Position numbers and translations under genes: made by a program. A DNA stretch of 64,000 nt from a virus (lineage: Duplodnaviria; Heunggongvirae; Uroviricota; Caudoviricetes): IMG/VR virus record IMGVR_UViG_3300025015_000009, positions 128,001 to 192,000 of that record; one strand, given 5' to 3'. Of the stretch, positions 54,979 through 64,000 are shown piece after piece; the stretch's first letter is position 1, and each line of letters opens with the position of its first letter. The notes under the pieces were generated by a model. That model was not told where the DNA came from, did not search any database, and saw nothing but the letters and a program-made list of their open reading frames with translations.

Positions 54979-55785
54979 TTACTCAGATTTTGCTCTAGCA
55001 CGATCAGAATACCCTTTGGTGTTTGCCCCAGGGCTATTCTCAACCTTACCAATCAATGATCCTTCACCTTTTGTATAAGCATTTGACGGTTTCTTTGGTC
55101 CAGACGGTACTTCGTTTGATCCACCGCGAGCGATGTTCGATGATGTCCCGCCCATGTCGTTTTTACCGGCAACATTGCTTCTCTTGTTTACACTAACAGA
55201 CTTACCTGCAGAGCCAACTTCGCTTCCTTCTGATTTGTTATTAGGGGCGGTTACTTTCTCTACATACTCTCTGACTAGAGACTCTTCAAATTTTCCGTCG
55301 TCACCATCATCATCTAAGTCAGTGCCGTCTAAATCGGTTGAGTCACCTAGATCTTCGTCACTGAGTTCATCAGTGTCACCGAAACCATCCGAATCATCGC
55401 CAGTGTCTTCTCCTGCCATCAGCTGATCGAACTCGGCTTTAAGCTCGTCTATTGCACTCTCTAGATCCATTACTCTATCCTGCAACCCTTCTTCATCACC
55501 GTCGACATCACCGTCAGCATCAAGCGTGTCTTCAGAGTCGACGGTATCTTCGCCGTCATTAACGCTAATACCTTCTTCATCTCCAGCGATATGTTCTTCG
55601 TCGTTACTGATGTCGTTTACAAACGAATTATCGTCGTCGGCTTCGTCAAGTTCTTCTTCTTGGTTTACTAAATCTTCGTATATCTTACGGCTCTGTTCTA
55701 CAACTATTTCGTGAAAGAGGGCTCGAGCTTTTTCCTGATCTTCACTAACGATTAAATCGATTAATTTTTCATACTTTGATGACAT
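54979..55785 (-). CDS. Acidic prohead core protein (gp67-like position), start MSSKYEK
   Basis: D/E-rich; AGGAG RBS; upstream of gp21. Confidence 0.65.
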   Translation of the reverse strand: MSSKYEKLIDLIVSEDQEKARALFHEIVVEQSRKIYEDLVNQEEELDEADDDNSFVNDISNDEEHIAGDEEGISVNDGEDTVDSEDTLDADGDVDGDEEGLQDRVMDLESAIDELKAEFDQLMAGEDTGDDSDGFGDTDELSDEDLGDSTDLDGTDLDDDGDDGKFEESLVREYVEKVTAPNNKSEGSEVGSAGKSVSVNKRSNVAGKNDMGGTSSNIARGGSNEVPSGPKKPSNAYTKGEGSLIGKVENSPGANTKGYSDRARAKSE

Positions 55786-55889
55786 TATTGTCTCCTTTGT
55801 GGTGTATAGCAGAATGCATAATTGCATTCTAATAGTATTTAATTAAAAGGAGAAAAAGAAGGGAGAAACAGTGGGTTTTTGAAGGATTC

Positions 55890-56399
55890 TTATTTAATTA
55901 ACACCCTATCGCCGGTATCTGTTATAACATAACGATACAACGTCCACCCTTCACCTAATAGTGCAAGGATAGCAAATTGGGTTATACCAGCAACTTCCAA
56001 TGGTGTATTATAAAATAACGTATCTCCTAAGGAGGTATTAAAATTTACGTTATTCGGAAACCTATGTGCTGTGTTGTTAATTGTTATTAAATAATCATTA
56101 GCTGCTGTAATTTTCGATAAAATTGCGGGACTATTTGTTGTGTATAGTTCTAAAGTCTTCCATTGGCCATATATTACGACTCCGAGCGGAGTATATGTGT
56201 TTCCGATTATCGGTTTAAGAGAATGTTGTTTGTGGTACTCGATGAAATCTTTTGCTCGAGTTAATTCGTCGGAACTCTCAAACAGCTTACTTTTTTCGAT
56301 ATTAATCTGTTCTTGAGTTATAACTCCATCTGCTAACAAAACATCATAATGTTCATCAAAAAAAGATCTGATATTAGTTACAAACTCAGTTGCTGTCAT
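55890..56399 (-). CDS. Hypothetical protein (start MTATEF inferred)
   Basis: ORF in the head operon. Confidence 0.55.
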   Translation of the reverse strand: MTATEFVTNIRSFFDEHYDVLLADGVITQEQINIEKSKLFESSDELTRAKDFIEYHKQHSLKPIIGNTYTPLGVVIYGQWKTLELYTTNSPAILSKITAANDYLITINNTAHRFPNNVNFNTSLGDTLFYNTPLEVAGITQFAILALLGEGWTLYRYVITDTGDRVLIK

Positions 56400-56403
56400 T
56401 AGG

Positions 56404-56631
56404 CTACATGCCCATTCCGCCGTCACCTGCTGGCGCAGAGTACTGAGTTTTAACTTTCTTGATTTTATGTTCTGTTTCTAACTTTCTAATATCGTTTAGT
56501 AGACGAAGCTTGTTGATCTGTGCCAGACTGAGGCGTGTCTTTCTCACGTCAGACAGCTTTGTGACTGAGTTATCTTCTTTCTCGTCACTATACCCAGTTG
56601 GGATTTTATCAAAAATTTCAACAATATACAT
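56404..56631 (-). CDS. Small hypothetical head-operon protein
   Basis: 75-aa ORF after the portal gene. Confidence 0.65.
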   Translation of the reverse strand: MYIVEIFDKIPTGYSDEKEDNSVTKLSDVRKTRLSLAQINKLRLLNDIRKLETEHKIKKVKTQYSAPAGDGGMGM

Positions 56632-56655
56632 GAATATATTTATACTTTTTTGTTA

Positions 56656-58350
56656 TTACGCTGGGCTAGGTGCACTTGGTGGCGCGCCTGGGGCAGCAGG
56701 CGGTTCCCCAGCAACATCTTCCATACCGGCGCCGCCCATATCATCAGATGACAGATCGTCTATATTACCCAGGTCGCCTGCTATTCCGCCTGGTGTTACT
56801 CCAACCGACCGTAGATCTGCGCCTTGTGCAGAATCTTGTGGACCATCGGTTTGTTCTTCTGCCCACATTGTTTCGTTTTCTAGCATTTCTTCTTCTGTTA
56901 ATCCTAAATACCGTTTTAAAAGGAATCTTTTGCTGAGATATGGAATTTGTTCAAGCTGAGTGTATGATGAAATATGTGTTGTGTCTAATTCTGCCTGGCG
57001 ATATTTTGCAAAATTTTGTGGCTCTGGAAACTTAATTTCAAATAAGCTGTTATCTATTGTTATGCCTCGCCATCTCATAAACATCTTGAATTCGTGGTCA
57101 AACGTGCTACTTATTCTGCTTTGTAACCGTTTACAATATTGATTAAATCTCCATTCTTGAATTAACGCAGTAGTTGCTTTGCCGTCATTAAATGTGCTTT
57201 GTCCGTCTTCTGCTTCTGTTGGTAGGTAACTACTTGGAATTCTTAGTCCTCTGAATAGCTTGTTCGTAAAGAAGCGTAAATCAGTGATTTCCCCTAAGTT
57301 CGTTCCCCCTGGTAATACCTCGACAGACGATCCTCTTCCGTCGGCGGTTGTAGGGAAGAAGAAGTCTTCGTTTTGTCCAATGGTATTATACGTAGAGTCA
57401 ACGATACTAGAGCCGCCGCCGGTTTGTGACGGTATTCTTCTCTGATGTATTTCGTTTTTAACTCGTTCAACAAATGCCATCGCCATATGAGACGGCATAT
57501 TACCAACGTCAATTTTAAAAATTCTGCGTTCAGGTGCGCGCTGAATTCTATATATAATAATAGAATCTTCTAGTAGTTCTTTTTGTTTGTATACTTTAAA
57601 TATGTTCTCTAATACGCTATTACCAAATGGCCAGAACGCATCTAACCCCTCAGTTAAACTGCAATGAACAATGTGTTCTGCATTAATAGCTACTTCGTTT
57701 CTTTCATGAGTAAATCTTCCACCACCAGTGTACGGTTGTTTAGATTGTACATACCCACCGCCGGTTAGTTGTGGATTTGCTGAGTACGTATCTGATACTG
57801 TTATTGCTGTTGCTGTTAGATTTTGTAGATTTACTCCCAGATCTTTAATAAAATACTGCTCGGGTTCTTTTCCGTTAGTCTCGTTGACAATAATTTTCGT
57901 TACTTTACTCATTTCAGTCCAAAACAACTTAAATGTTTCTGGATCTCGAATCAGCACCTGATCTCCAAATTTTAATACGTTACGAACAATCTTAAACATC
58001 CGGCGGTTAAATTCGTTGATCGCGTTCCACTCGACTAGCTGCTCTTTAATAATCTTAATTTCGTTATCAGTTGGAGTTTCTTTGAACACAACATCAAACG
58101 CGGTGTTGTTCTTATCGTTGACTTGTGAACAGAACTCAGCTAGAATATCTAACGCAGCATTAATTTCTGAATCAGCATCCATTTGCTCAAGTTGGCTATA
58201 CCGTTCGATTCTATTTGGATGGCCAATATAAATCTCTGGCAAAGTGCTCTGCCAATTAGTATGATTCGTACCGTATTCTGAATTTTTCCCCGATATAGGG
58301 CTAACGTTGTCAACTGCAACTGTTTTAAAATACTTCTTCCATCCGGCCAT
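56656..58350 (-). CDS. gp20: Portal protein
   Basis: LLEDSIIIYRIQRAPERRIFKIDVGNMP, EDFFFP, LPGGTNLGEI. Confidence 0.96.
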   Translation of the reverse strand: MAGWKKYFKTVAVDNVSPISGKNSEYGTNHTNWQSTLPEIYIGHPNRIERYSQLEQMDADSEINAALDILAEFCSQVNDKNNTAFDVVFKETPTDNEIKIIKEQLVEWNAINEFNRRMFKIVRNVLKFGDQVLIRDPETFKLFWTEMSKVTKIIVNETNGKEPEQYFIKDLGVNLQNLTATAITVSDTYSANPQLTGGGYVQSKQPYTGGGRFTHERNEVAINAEHIVHCSLTEGLDAFWPFGNSVLENIFKVYKQKELLEDSIIIYRIQRAPERRIFKIDVGNMPSHMAMAFVERVKNEIHQRRIPSQTGGGSSIVDSTYNTIGQNEDFFFPTTADGRGSSVEVLPGGTNLGEITDLRFFTNKLFRGLRIPSSYLPTEAEDGQSTFNDGKATTALIQEWRFNQYCKRLQSRISSTFDHEFKMFMRWRGITIDNSLFEIKFPEPQNFAKYRQAELDTTHISSYTQLEQIPYLSKRFLLKRYLGLTEEEMLENETMWAEEQTDGPQDSAQGADLRSVGVTPGGIAGDLGNIDDLSSDDMGGAGMEDVAGEPPAAPGAPPSAPSPA

Positions 58351-58393
58351 AATCAATCCTTATTGTAAGTTATTTATGTGCAGGGAGGCACAA

Positions 58394-61300
58394 CTATGCA
58401 GTATTAGTTGCAATTGTTCTCTGATGACGATTCTGTTCTTCTGTTAGGGCAACTAACCGTTCGATTTGAGCAATTAACTTGCCAGTTAACCCTCTTTCTT
58501 CAGACGAGCTTTCTTGGTCAGCCATTTTCGCACTAATGTCTTTTGCTGCACCTGGGACTGTTCCGGGGGTTGGGGCTAACTTCGTTGCTAATTGTGCATC
58601 TTCTTGCTTTTTAGTAATAGACAATATCATATCAGACATGAAAGTGCTTGTACTTTTTTCTTGTCCAGCTGGTTTATTTTGTGGCATTAGTAAACCAGCA
58701 AGTGAATTCATGCCTTTTGTTAAAATGTCAGTATTAACAGCGCCAGGTAATACCGTCTCTTGACCATGTAAGGTAACGTTGTAGCCAGCCTTCGGACCGT
58801 TAAAGACTCCGCCACCATTGGCTTGCGGATTATCTGTTGGTTTTCCGTCTTTTGTAACTGTCCCAATAGACGCTACTACATCTGGAATGTCGTACTTTCC
58901 CCATTTTCCTGTAGCCAATGCACTCTCTGCATTGCCCATCTTTTTTTGCATTAGCCCATATACTTCTGATAGTGATCGTATCCCTTCTTTGTTTTTTGGA
59001 TCAGCGTAAAATATCGACGCATTTGCATCAATTTGAGATTTGCTTGCTCCGGCTGTAGCCGGAGCAGACGGATCGTTAGATAACGCATTAATAAACTTCG
59101 CTGCACCGCCTGCCCCAAGGAAATGTGCAAGATACATATCAGTTGAATTTATATCATTTTTCCCAGTACTTTTTTCTAAATGATTCTTTTGTTGTTGTGT
59201 AAAGTACTCGGCCACCTCTGTTGCCTTTGCTGGATCAAATCGATCATCAAGAGAGTACGATTTGCCCATTGCTTTAACATTTTCTTTCCATGTACTCTCA
59301 GTGAATTGAAAAAGGCCGCTTGCCGAAGATGTTTCTGCTTTTGCATTTGCTTTGCCACCTGACTCTATTAACGCAGTACTTTGTAAGTAGTTAGCCATGT
59401 TAAACGAGGCATCTTTACCACTTTTAGTTATTTTTCCAGTTGATACATTCTTGTTAGATGCTTGTTGTTGTGGTTGTATTGTATCTTTGTGCAGTTCTGC
59501 TAACTTAGCTTCTCCTCTTTTTTCTTGAGTCTTGTTAGATGCTTGTGTTTCATACTGTTTTTTATACTCGGTGTTATATTCTGCATTAGACATTGACCCG
59601 GACGCAGCGTCTAATTTCGATTTTGCTACTTTTTCTTGCTTTCTGTTGGTTTCTTTCGTTGCATACTGTTTTTTATACTCGTCATTGAACTCCTTATTCG
59701 CTGGAGTTCTTGCTGCCGTAGTACTAGTTTCGTATACCTGTTGCCCTTTGGACTTAGTCGCCTCTGCTAGTTCTTTTTCTTTCTCAGCTTCAAGAGCCAA
59801 ACGAGTTTTTCGTAACTCGTCGTTTTTCTCTTCTTGGAAAATGTTAATTCGTTCACCAGTGGGATCCTTAGGAGTTAATTGCTCTTCAGCAGCCTCTTTT
59901 TTACGTTTTGTTATGTCCTCTTCACTGTCAGCACTCTTTTCTTTTGCTAACGCATCTGCTTTCTCAGCGGCCCTCACTTCTTTTGTTGCGGCAACTCTAG
60001 TTGTCCGTTCCTTTTTTCTGTCTTCTAGTTCTTTCCTGCGTTCTTCACTTAGTTTAAGTCTGCTTGCTTTTTCTTCTTTTGATATTCCACCGAACATAGG
60101 TGGTAATATACTAAGCATACTCGTTGCTACGTCGTTAAGAGTTATCATAAACGACTTGAATGTATCACCTAACGACTCAAATACATCTGATATCGACCAT
60201 CCTGATTCAGTGAACTTTTCAGCAAGATAACTAACGGCTTGGTACAATGTATATACTGCGGCTGCTGCAAGTGCAATCGGACCGGCGAACCTAATAACTG
60301 TCATAAACAGTTTACCTAGATTACCAACCACTCCGAACAACCCTTTAAATATAGTTCCCAATGATTTTATACTGGTGCCAGACACACTCTGCGCTATTGC
60401 ATTTTTTGTTGTTGCATAAGCTGCGAAGGTCATTGCCGCACCCAACGCTGTGGCTACCGCAGCCACACTAACCATTATAACCGTAGCAACAGTGGTATGT
60501 TCTGCCAGGAACTTAAACACAGGAGCAACATAATCTTTAATAATTCCAGTTAAATGTCCAAACACCGTCATCATGTCTTTAAGAAGAGTTCCACTGGCTA
60601 ATAATTTTGTAAACTCGTTGCTGACACCAGCAATTGTTTGCTTGTACTTTTCCATTGCGGCGGGATCTAGACCGTCTTTTTTTAGTTTTGCTTCTTTATC
60701 TGCAGCATCGAGCTCAGCTTTTTTCTGTTCAATGGACTTATTTGACATTGCAGCTAAGTCATGGGCTGCAACCACAATGTTCCCGTACGAGTCTACTAAG
60801 TAATCACCTGCAATCGCCCCAAAAGAACTTTTCGAGAACTCGCCTGCTTCATCTATCATTTGTTGTTCAAACGCAGCTCGTGTTTCTGCCGCAATATGGC
60901 CGGTTTCTTCCATCTCCTTGTTCATCTTTGCGGCGGCAGCGGCAGTTTTAGGCATCGCACCGTATATTTTCCTACCTTCTTCGGTTGTTGCTACACCTGT
61001 TGCTGCAATTTCTTTAAGACCAGAAAATGCCGCGGGAACTCGTGTCATCGTTGCTCTGAGTCCTTCTGCATCTTCTTTATTCAACTTACTCATTGCGACT
61101 CTCATCTGGGAGTCTCTCATCATTTCTTCTTGTTTTGATTGAAGATCTTTTTTACTCAGTCCTGTTAACTTAGATAACGCATCTAAGTTCTTAAGATAAT
61201 TGCCTGTTCCACTTACCAAGTCTTTGTTTGTTGCTCCTTGTAGGTGACCAGTTAATGCTAACCGACCACTATACACTGCCATCGCTTCGTTTATCTCTTC

Positions 61301-62083
61301 AGTTCCGTATCCTAGTCGATTTAGCTGATCACTTACTCCAGATAACCGAATTTCTTTACCCAACGTCGATAAGCGTTTAGCTCCTTCGGTCGAGCTCCCT
61401 CCCAATAGAGCCAATGATTGCCCGTTTCTAGCAATAATCCCCGAAAACTGGTCGAAGGTTAACCCTGCTTTTGTAGCCCCGTCTATCATGCCATGAATAC
61501 TGCCGCCGAAGTTTGCACCGACGGACGCCGATTGTTGGAATGCTTTGTAACTACCTTCCGCTGCTGTTGCAACAGCCCCAAATACTCCGGACAACATTCC
61601 GCCGACAACTGGTATAACTTTTAAACTAGAAGCGGCCGAAGAGATGCTGTTGTTCATTCCAGCAAAATTGCTAATTACACCGGTTAAACCGGATATAGTA
61701 TTAGTTACAACATTGTTAAAACTTTGCAGACCTTTAATTGCAGCTAAATCGCGTTCTTTCTTTTCTTTTCCACGTTTTTCTTCATCTTCGTGGCCTTTTT
61801 TCTTAGCTTTGTTGAACTCCTTGTCCATACGCAATGCTTCTGTTTGTGCGTCTGCGAGGTCTTTCATTAAATCAGTTGATTTTGTTTTAGCAACATACTC
61901 TGCTTCGTATGTTTGCATTAGACGTTTCATTTCAGCACGAAGTGCTTTTTCTTCAGGCGACATTCCTTTGGTTGTGTTCTTACCTTTAGCTTGCGATAAT
62001 AGCGCAAGATTCGCAGCTAATATGCGTTGCAGTGTTTCTTCGCGAGCTGCGTCTAAACCGTTGTCAATGTCGTCGTTTGCCAT
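58394..62083 (-). CDS. Tape-measure-like protein with lytic transglycosylase (SLT) domain
   Basis: Long helical and hydrophobic region; IESGG..A....SSASGLFQF, YLAHFLG. Confidence 0.85.
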   Translation of the reverse strand: MANDDIDNGLDAAREETLQRILAANLALLSQAKGKNTTKGMSPEEKALRAEMKRLMQTYEAEYVAKTKSTDLMKDLADAQTEALRMDKEFNKAKKKGHEDEEKRGKEKKERDLAAIKGLQSFNNVVTNTISGLTGVISNFAGMNNSISSAASSLKVIPVVGGMLSGVFGAVATAAEGSYKAFQQSASVGANFGGSIHGMIDGATKAGLTFDQFSGIIARNGQSLALLGGSSTEGAKRLSTLGKEIRLSGVSDQLNRLGYGTEEINEAMAVYSGRLALTGHLQGATNKDLVSGTGNYLKNLDALSKLTGLSKKDLQSKQEEMMRDSQMRVAMSKLNKEDAEGLRATMTRVPAAFSGLKEIAATGVATTEEGRKIYGAMPKTAAAAAKMNKEMEETGHIAAETRAAFEQQMIDEAGEFSKSSFGAIAGDYLVDSYGNIVVAAHDLAAMSNKSIEQKKAELDAADKEAKLKKDGLDPAAMEKYKQTIAGVSNEFTKLLASGTLLKDMMTVFGHLTGIIKDYVAPVFKFLAEHTTVATVIMVSVAAVATALGAAMTFAAYATTKNAIAQSVSGTSIKSLGTIFKGLFGVVGNLGKLFMTVIRFAGPIALAAAAVYTLYQAVSYLAEKFTESGWSISDVFESLGDTFKSFMITLNDVATSMLSILPPMFGGISKEEKASRLKLSEERRKELEDRKKERTTRVAATKEVRAAEKADALAKEKSADSEEDITKRKKEAAEEQLTPKDPTGERINIFQEEKNDELRKTRLALEAEKEKELAEATKSKGQQVYETSTTAARTPANKEFNDEYKKQYATKETNRKQEKVAKSKLDAASGSMSNAEYNTEYKKQYETQASNKTQEKRGEAKLAELHKDTIQPQQQASNKNVSTGKITKSGKDASFNMANYLQSTALIESGGKANAKAETSSASGLFQFTESTWKENVKAMGKSYSLDDRFDPAKATEVAEYFTQQQKNHLEKSTGKNDINSTDMYLAHFLGAGGAAKFINALSNDPSAPATAGASKSQIDANASIFYADPKNKEGIRSLSEVYGLMQKKMGNAESALATGKWGKYDIPDVVASIGTVTKDGKPTDNPQANGGGVFNGPKAGYNVTLHGQETVLPGAVNTDILTKGMNSLAGLLMPQNKPAGQEKSTSTFMSDMILSITKKQEDAQLATKLAPTPGTVPGAAKDISAKMADQESSSEERGLTGKLIAQIERLVALTEEQNRHQRTIATNTA

Positions 62084-62162
62084 AAATTAACCCCTAAAAA
62101 TGCACAGATAAATACAATATGCAGATAATATATATTTATCGCCAAATTTATGGAGAATGTAA

Positions 62163-63020
62163 ATGACTCAACAATCACTAACTAGCACACCAAATCCGTT
62201 GTCGATGTACTTTCGACAACCAAAACTATACATCAAACTTCCCAGTAAAGGTAATTTCTATCCTCCGACTGCACTGGAAAAGACTGAAAGCGGTGATTAC
62301 GCAGTATATGCAATGACTGCAATCGACGAGCTTATGTTTAAAACACCAGATGCTCTGATGAACGGACAGTCAACTGTGTCTGTTATTAAAAGTTGTGTTC
62401 CTGCAATTAAAGACCCATGGAAAATGCCAACTGTTGATTTAGATGCTATATTACTTGCTATCCGGGTTGCTACATACGGCGAAGGGATGGAGATTAGGCA
62501 ATCGTGTCCAAAATGTAATCACTTAAACGAGTTTAACCTAAATTTAATCGGGTATCTGGATAAACTAAATGCATTCGAGTTTAATTCGGTTATACAACAT
62601 GACCCACTTACAATTAACATTCGTCCTTATACATACAAGGAAATGACAGACACACAGATTAGAACGTTAGAAGAACAGAAGATCCTGACGATTGTCAATG
62701 ACAAAGAAATGTCTGACGACGAAAAAGTGCAATTGTTCGGACAAAGTCTCGACAAACTAACTGTGTTCACCGTTGATGTAATTGCAAAATGCATCTCTTC
62801 GATTGTTACCCCAGATACTACAGTAACTGATCCAGCTATGATCACCGAGTTTATTAAGAACTCACCTAGCGAGGTGTTCAACAAAATTAGTAAGCATGTT
62901 AATACAATGCAGGAGTTATTGTCATTAAAAGCAACTGACTTACAATGTGAAGAATGCAAACATGTATGGTCATCTGAGATTTCTATGGATCAAACAAATT
63001 TTTTCGGCAAAGGATCTTAG
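62163..63020 (+). CDS. Baseplate hub assembly protein, gp26-like
   Basis: YIKLPS, DAILLAIR..TYG, CPKC, CEEC, C-terminal NFF. Confidence 0.8.
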   Translation: MTQQSLTSTPNPLSMYFRQPKLYIKLPSKGNFYPPTALEKTESGDYAVYAMTAIDELMFKTPDALMNGQSTVSVIKSCVPAIKDPWKMPTVDLDAILLAIRVATYGEGMEIRQSCPKCNHLNEFNLNLIGYLDKLNAFEFNSVIQHDPLTINIRPYTYKEMTDTQIRTLEEQKILTIVNDKEMSDDEKVQLFGQSLDKLTVFTVDVIAKCISSIVTPDTTVTDPAMITEFIKNSPSEVFNKISKHVNTMQELLSLKATDLQCEECKHVWSSEISMDQTNFFGKGS

Positions 63021-63232
63021 CATTATCTCATGACGAGATCCTTGAGTATGTTGCTGAGATTGAAAAAGAGGGACTAGCAATTAAGAAAGAACTCCTGCGA
63101 ATGTGTTGGTACATGCGCGGGATGAGTTACAACGAAGCGTTACATCTTGATGTGTCAGAAAGAAATGCAATAAACGAAATTATCAACGATAACCTAGAAA
63201 CAACAAAACGAACAAAACTACCATTCTTCTAA
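62996..63232 (+). CDS. -1 frame extension ORF (gp51-like), probably reached by frameshift
   Basis: Open -1 frame ...MCWYMRGMSYNEALHLDVSERNAINEII..NLE..K...LPFF. Confidence 0.65.
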   Translation, partial: KFFRQRILALSHDEILEYVAEIEKEGLAIKKELLRMCWYMRGMSYNEALHLDVSERNAINEIINDNLETTKRTKLPFF

Positions 63233-63242
63233 TAGGAAAACA

Positions 63243-64000
63243 ATGAGCGAACAGAACCCTTTATCAAAACATTTTCGACAACCAGTATTACACATTAAAC
63301 TACCAAGCAATGGCAAATACTGGCCGACAGGATCTATAAACTTACCAGTTACTGGTGAATTACCTATATACCCGTTATCAGCCAAAGATGAAATTATGCT
63401 AAAATCACCTGACGCTTTGTTAAACGGAGCAGGTGTCGTTAGTGCTATTCAATCATGCGTTCCTAATATATCAGATGCTTGGTCAATGCCATCTATTGAT
63501 ACCGATGCTATATTAATCGCAATGCGAATTGCGAGTTTCGGAAATAGTTTACCGGTTGACGCTACTTGTTTGCACTGCGACACCAGACAATCATTTGCCA
63601 TTAACTTAAACACAGTTGCTGGTTCGATACCAGCAGCAACTTCAACGTTCGACGAGGTGTTTACAGTCGACGGGTTACGGATTAAGTTTAAACCACTTAC
63701 TTACTTTAAAACAAATACTGCGAGTTTAATTGCATTTGAGCAAGGGAAAATGGCATCTATTGCAGCTGACGAATCATTACCATTAGACGATCGCAAGAAG
63801 CATTATTCGCATCATTTAAATACTCTGATAGATCTAAATATCCAAACATTTGCAGATAGCACCGAGTACATCTTAACAGAAGACGGAATCAGAGTAACAC
63901 AACCAGCGTTCTTACTTGAGTTCTACCAATCTATCCCTAGAAAACTAGTATCTGAGATCAGAGAGATATACGAAACGCTACTTAATAATAGCAGTTTGCA
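63243..64000 (+). CDS. Second gp26-like paralog, truncated by window edge
   Basis: Manual translation MSEQNPLSKHFRQPVLHIKLPS...PDALLNG...DAILIAMRIASFG. Confidence 0.85.
   Translation, partial: MSEQNPLSKHFRQPVLHIKLPSNGKYWPTGSINLPVTGELPIYPLSAKDEIMLKSPDALLNGAGVVSAIQSCVPNISDAWSMPSIDTDAILIAMRIASFGNSLPVDATCLHCDTRQSFAINLNTVAGSIPAATSTFDEVFTVDGLRIKFKPLTYFKTNTASLIAFEQGKMASIAADESLPLDDRKKHYSHHLNTLIDLNIQTFADSTEYILTEDGIRVTQPAFLLEFYQSIPRKLVSEIREIYETLLNNSSL

Overview
This window is part of a large T4-like (myovirus-type) phage genome using the standard genetic code. Positions 1-7.3 kb form an RNA island on the minus strand behind perfect sigma70-type promoters. It holds about 15 tRNAs (several with atypical arms or loops), two 3' tRNA fragments, a run of tRNA-like RNAs with extended acceptor stems and replaced anticodon domains, a ~670-nt pseudoknotted RNA resembling ROOL/GOLLD, and an apparent miniature relative of that RNA. 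Next come uvsY, uvsX and gp32, then a large terminase gene split in two by an atypically split intein with a free-standing endonuclease between the halves. After that lie putative internal head proteins, an accessory module (subtilisin, two PP-loop proteins, a Cys-rich protein), and the T4-type morphogenesis block (gp4, 19, 18, 13, 14, 15, 23, 22, 21, 20, tape measure/SLT, two gp26-like genes), with a likely programmed -1 frameshift after the first gp26-like gene. All calls come from reading the sequence by eye; no searches or folding programs were run.
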